DNA of 64,000 nucleotides from a bacterium (GTDB lineage Bacteria; JACRDZ01; JAQUKH01): NCBI GenBank assembly GCA_028719205.1, contig JAQUKH010000005.1, positions 1 to 64,000 of the forward strand, read 5' to 3'. Shown piece by piece: positions 59,932 to 64,000 of this stretch (position 1 is its first letter; each line of letters starts with the position of its first letter). The notes under the pieces were generated by a model. It saw only the letters and a program-made list of their open reading frames with translations, ran no database searches and was not told where the DNA came from. The position numbers and the translations under genes were made by a program.

Positions 59932-61728
59932 TTATGATTCTTTTCGATCTTTAACAGGCAGATAAACAGTAACGATAGTCCCTTTCCCGATTCCCTTAGA
60001 AAACACTTCAATTTTCCCGTTATGCATTTCAACTATTTCTTTACTAATTGTAAGGCCGAGGCCCGTGCCGGGCACCGCGGGATGGCGTTTAAAATAACGT
60101 GTAAAAATATTTTCCTTAATTTCAGGCGATATTCCGCATCCGGTATCTTTAACCTCAATTTTTATAAATTCACCTGCTAAACTTACTGATACAGTTATAA
60201 AACCTTTCTCAGTAAACTTTATCGCGTTATCAATAATATTATTTAAAAGAATTTTTATTTCCAGCGGATCGGCAAAAATATTTTCTGCTTCTTTTTTGAT
60301 ATCTATTTTAAATCTAAGCTTTTTTTCATATAATATATATTGATTATTTTTTAATATCTCTTCTATCAGTTTTTTTACCGAAAAGATAATTTTATTTAAG
60401 CCTTTTTTCCTTTTTAACACAAAAGTTGCTAATATATTATTCACATCTTCGCTTAAACGTTTCAGATTATTTGATATTATTTCCTGAGTTTTCATTATCT
60501 TATTCATATCATTATTTTTTATTGCCTGCTGGTTTATATCCTGAGCCATCTTGATCATCGCGATCGGAGTTTTTAATTCATGTGATACTTCACGGAACGC
60601 GTTTTCTTTCATTATTTCTATTTTTTTCCGTTCAGTAATATCAGCACCGTACAAATTGATATACTTCTGATCTAATATGGGCTTTAAGGTATATGAATAT
60701 ATTTTATTTCCGACTACAGTTTCCAGGTCACTAATAGTTGTTTTATTTTTAAAAGCCTTATTGACCATATTGATTATATTATTCGGAAGTATATTAAATA
60801 TATCTTTTTCTGAAAATCCTATTTTTTTCAAAAGCTTTAACGTCGCGGGATTTTTATATAAAATTTCACCTTTTTCGTTCATTCTTAAAACAGGATTTGG
60901 ATTTTCAAAAGGGAATTTAGAAGCCTTAGATATTTCATCTTCTATTTGCTTGCGGCTGGTAATATCTTCAATAACAGCTACTAAATATTTAATACTGCCT
61001 GAAGAATCGTGTATTGCGGAAACTGTTAGATCAACCCAGACAATTGAACCGTCTTTGCAAATATATCGTTTATCTCTTTTGTAATGATCTATTTTTTTAC
61101 TGATCAACCGTTTAAAATTCTCATAGTCGATATTAATATCATCAGGGTGAGTTATATCCTTAAATGTTTTTTTTACAAGCTCATCATGTGTATAACCGAC
61201 AATATCACAATATTTCTGGTTAATAAAAATCCATTTGCCGTCAAGCCCTACATGGCTCATTCCGACCACGGCTTGTTCAAATGTGTTACGAAAACGTTCT
61301 TCACTTTCTTTTAATGCCTCTTCTATCTGCCTGCGGTCAGTAATATCCACGATGGTGCCGGATACAACATCACCTTCTATCCGCATGCATAAATATGTGA
61401 ATATCTCTTTTCCTGTCTTGCTGACAAATTCAACTTCATTACCCTCAACATAATGCTTTTTATTAAGCAAACTAACGATTTCATCCCGCTCTTTAGGATT
61501 TTTATATAAAATCCTGGCTCCACCGCGCTTATTTATTTCCTCTATGGACTTATATTCAAGCATTTTAAGCAATGGTTTATTCATAAACAATACTTTCCCT
61601 CTCTTACTGCTCTTAAAAACCCCCACTAATGTATTATCGATAATACTGCTTACTATTATTTCTTCGGGTTGTTTATGTTCAGCTTTGTCAACTATTAATT
61701 CTTTTACTTTTTTTTTCATATCAGTCAC
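59932..61728 (-). CDS. PAS-domain sensor histidine kinase
   Basis: Multiple PAS domains (ITHPDD), SHELKTP, NIIDNAIKF, DTGCGI and GTGLGL. Confidence 0.93.
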   Translation of the reverse strand: MTDMKKKVKELIVDKAEHKQPEEIIVSSIIDNTLVGVFKSSKRGKVLFMNKPLLKMLEYKSIEEINKRGGARILYKNPKERDEIVSLLNKKHYVEGNEVEFVSKTGKEIFTYLCMRIEGDVVSGTIVDITDRRQIEEALKESEERFRNTFEQAVVGMSHVGLDGKWIFINQKYCDIVGYTHDELVKKTFKDITHPDDINIDYENFKRLISKKIDHYKRDKRYICKDGSIVWVDLTVSAIHDSSGSIKYLVAVIEDITSRKQIEDEISKASKFPFENPNPVLRMNEKGEILYKNPATLKLLKKIGFSEKDIFNILPNNIINMVNKAFKNKTTISDLETVVGNKIYSYTLKPILDQKYINLYGADITERKKIEIMKENAFREVSHELKTPIAMIKMAQDINQQAIKNNDMNKIMKTQEIISNNLKRLSEDVNNILATFVLKRKKGLNKIIFSVKKLIEEILKNNQYILYEKKLRFKIDIKKEAENIFADPLEIKILLNNIIDNAIKFTEKGFITVSVSLAGEFIKIEVKDTGCGISPEIKENIFTRYFKRHPAVPGTGLGLTISKEIVEMHNGKIEVFSKGIGKGTIVTVYLPVKDRKES

Positions 61729-61731
61729 TCC

Positions 61732-62694
61732 TTAAAAAACCCCGTCTATCCCAAGCCGTAGACCGTATATTTTCCTGAAATTTTCATCCGCGGGGAATTC
61801 CAGTTGAGGCGCAATGTCAAAAAACATCCAGGGATCGATCAATTGCACTCTGTAAACAATATCTGTCCTGTATTTATCAACATCATAAAAAGGTTCAGTA
61901 TGCGCAAACCCGCTAACCCGCCAGAAAATAATCCTCTCCCTTTTTACCAAGTCATAACTTAATATAAAACTCTGTTCCAGCGCGAATCCCTTTGTCGTCT
62001 TTGAATATAAACCGGCTGTGATCGCCCTGAAAAGCATTTTTTCTGAAAACGGATAATCAAAGTCAACCTGGGTTAATTCTCCAAAACCATTATCACTATA
62101 CCAGAAAACAGACTGGTGGAAATTCGCCGTCCAGCTTTTGATCTTAATACTGCTTCTTAACAATTTCACACGGCTGTATACAACTGTCCTTTTATCACGG
62201 ATAGTAATTCCGGTTCCGAGAGAAAGTACTAATCTTTTTAATTTAAGTAAATAAAATTTTATTCCTGTGCTTACTTCTTCAGCATTTCCGTCAAGAAGCT
62301 CCGAACTGGGTAAATTATCCCTTTCATTGTTATTTATTAATATCGATAAATACGGAAAATACAAACTAACATTTATTTTTGTCTTGAATTCCGGATCTTT
62401 CCCCTCTTCCTTAAGGCCCTCATACCTGAGCAGGAACTTATCTTCCTGCTGTATATCATCGTATTCCTTATCCTGAAAAAGGTATTCATCTATTTTCTGG
62501 GTAATTGACCTGAAATTTTTTCCGATATTTTCTCTTTGCCTGCTTAAGAACCTGGAGGTATTTGTTTTGTTATTGGTATTGTTAATTACCGGTTCTTCTT
62601 GAGCATCGGTAATGCAATTAAATATAATTATAAAAACTAAACCAAAAAATATGATTATTTTTTTATTTTTTATATCTTCCCAAGAATGTCCCAT
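61732..62694 (-). CDS. Putative outer-membrane beta-barrel protein
   Basis: Signal-like N-terminus, alternating beta strands and C-terminal Phe. Confidence 0.6.
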   Translation of the reverse strand: MGHSWEDIKNKKIIIFFGLVFIIIFNCITDAQEEPVINNTNNKTNTSRFLSRQRENIGKNFRSITQKIDEYLFQDKEYDDIQQEDKFLLRYEGLKEEGKDPEFKTKINVSLYFPYLSILINNNERDNLPSSELLDGNAEEVSTGIKFYLLKLKRLVLSLGTGITIRDKRTVVYSRVKLLRSSIKIKSWTANFHQSVFWYSDNGFGELTQVDFDYPFSEKMLFRAITAGLYSKTTKGFALEQSFILSYDLVKRERIIFWRVSGFAHTEPFYDVDKYRTDIVYRVQLIDPWMFFDIAPQLEFPADENFRKIYGLRLGIDGVF

Positions 62695-62736
62695 ATTTTT
62701 GGATTATACCAAATATTCAAGGATATTTAATATAAT

Positions 62737-62774
62737 AAAAAAAGCAGCACAATAAAAATCTGCTGCTTTTTTTT
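62737..62774. terminator. Rho-independent terminator
   Basis: aaaaaaagcagca...tgctgctttttttt. Confidence 0.7.
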
Positions 62775-62816
62775 CCAGCATACACTCACGTTTATGCTGG
62801 ATTTATATTTCTTTAT

Positions 62817-63551
62817 TTAACTGTTAAAAATAATCTTTCTTTTATGCCTTATTCCTCTTAAATTAAATCTTTCAATACGCATTTTTTTATGCACAATAAC
62901 CGTCATTACGCCATTATCACAATTATTTTCTTCAATAAAATCCCTTATTGATTTAAGCTGGACCCATGTCAGGAATTTCTGGCATTCACGAAGTATCTCT
63001 CTGATCTCCTGGAAACCCAGTTTAGCCAGGACAACCATTGAATCACCTGTATCCCAAAAACATTCTTCCATCGCGCTCAAATCCATTTTTTCAACACTAT
63101 GCGCCGCTATTTCGACAAATCTTTCAATTTTGCCATTGTCCATCCACACGAACTGTTTCTTTAAATGGATCCTGATCAGGTCAGCCTGGCAAGTAACTTT
63201 CACATTTTTAACTTTTAGACGGCTATCTTCCATAATTTTATAATGCAGCGGTTCATTAATATTATTGCGCCACTTTTTTATCAAAAAAACTTTTTTACCA
63301 TTGGTAGCTTTAAAATATCCGACTTGCGCCTTATCCCTGCAGGACATTTTGCTGATGGATGAATCTTCTAAAACACTTAATTCCCGTAAATGATGGCCCT
63401 TATGTTCAATTGTAAAATCTTTATAATCATCTTTGGGAACCGAAATAAAATCATTTAAATTCTTATCAAAAACAAAAATCGGAGCATTATCATGATCTGT
63501 CTTTCTCAAGATCTTATTGCATTCCAGACAATGTATAATATCTTTATTCAT
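62817..63551 (-). CDS. Hypothetical protein (N-terminal CxxC...HxxH, possible Zn site)
   Basis: 244-aa ORF with CLEC...HKGH, overlapping the HD-GYP stop. Confidence 0.6.
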   Translation of the reverse strand: MNKDIIHCLECNKILRKTDHDNAPIFVFDKNLNDFISVPKDDYKDFTIEHKGHHLRELSVLEDSSISKMSCRDKAQVGYFKATNGKKVFLIKKWRNNINEPLHYKIMEDSRLKVKNVKVTCQADLIRIHLKKQFVWMDNGKIERFVEIAAHSVEKMDLSAMEECFWDTGDSMVVLAKLGFQEIREILRECQKFLTWVQLKSIRDFIEENNCDNGVMTVIVHKKMRIERFNLRGIRHKRKIIFNS

Positions 63552-64000
63552 TAATCATCCTCCTTTTATCGGAATTATTGTCTCCCTCTTCTTCTTCCAG
63601 CAGAATTTCAATAAATACTGCTGCGGCATTAGGATCAAACTGTGTGCCTGAACAGCGCTTAAGCTCCATAATTGCCTCTTTTCTGGTTTTTGCCTTGGAA
63701 TATGGCCTATGGCTCGTCATCGCGTCATAAGAATCAACTATATTTATAATTCTTGCCCCCAACGGTATATCTTCACCCTTTAATCCAAAAGGGTATCCGG
63801 TTCCATCATAGTTTTCATGATGATGTAAAACAATCCGGATAACTTCTCCCGAACCAAACATAGGTTCGAGTATATGCGCGCCTTCTTCCGGATGTTTTCT
63901 TATAATTTTCCATTCTTCAGGATTCAAAGCCCCGCGCCTGAGAAGAATATCATTATTAATTCCAAGCTTGCCAATATCATGAAGAAAACTGGCCCTTTGA
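63544..64000 (-). CDS. HD-GYP c-di-GMP phosphodiesterase (5' end outside the window)
   Basis: Frame stays open to the window edge: LHDIGK...HHENYDGTGYP...DSYDAMTSHRPY. Confidence 0.92.
   Translation of the reverse strand, partial: QRASFLHDIGKLGINNDILLRRGALNPEEWKIIRKHPEEGAHILEPMFGSGEVIRIVLHHHENYDGTGYPFGLKGEDIPLGARIINIVDSYDAMTSHRPYSKAKTRKEAIMELKRCSGTQFDPNAAAVFIEILLEEEEGDNNSDKRRMINE

Overview
Low-GC bacterial chromosome segment from a probable diderm anaerobe (lapA/lapB, porin and HydG-type genes). 1-22 kb is a mostly minus-strand housekeeping run: mutS (partial), lapB/lapA, topA, dprA, carD-like, pyrE/pyrF, panB, dNK, folK/folB, the lysine DAP-aminotransferase pathway with an embedded V4R-GGDEF gene, nifU, cysE, rpsA, plsC and cmk. 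22-28.6 kb is a thiamine cluster whose ThiH slot holds a full HydG-type protein. 28.6-40.8 kb is an accessory cluster: HydE-like and HemN-like radical SAM enzymes, an EamA transporter, an unannotated 21-aa peptide ORF with a long terminator hairpin (candidate RiPP precursor), three non-canonical sulfatase-fold proteins, a phosphodiesterase and a porin. 40.8-50 kb returns to housekeeping genes (epimerase, tRNA-Glu, tRNA-Lys, purA, serA, aminotransferase, tyrS, rhomboid, ankyrin protein). From tRNA-Leu(CAA) at 50152 to about 59.6 kb lies an AT-rich, integrase-less island split by three copies of the tRNA 3' end. It holds a single-gene islet, pseudogenes, a four-gene cassette (two 4TM proteins, a cupin and a metallophosphoesterase-radical SAM fusion), and a signal-peptide trypsin-like protease next to a signal-peptide protein whose N-terminal half resembles bacterial gasdermin. 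The window ends with a PAS histidine kinase, an outer-membrane protein and a partial HD-GYP gene. All family calls come from reading motifs by eye; no searches were run.
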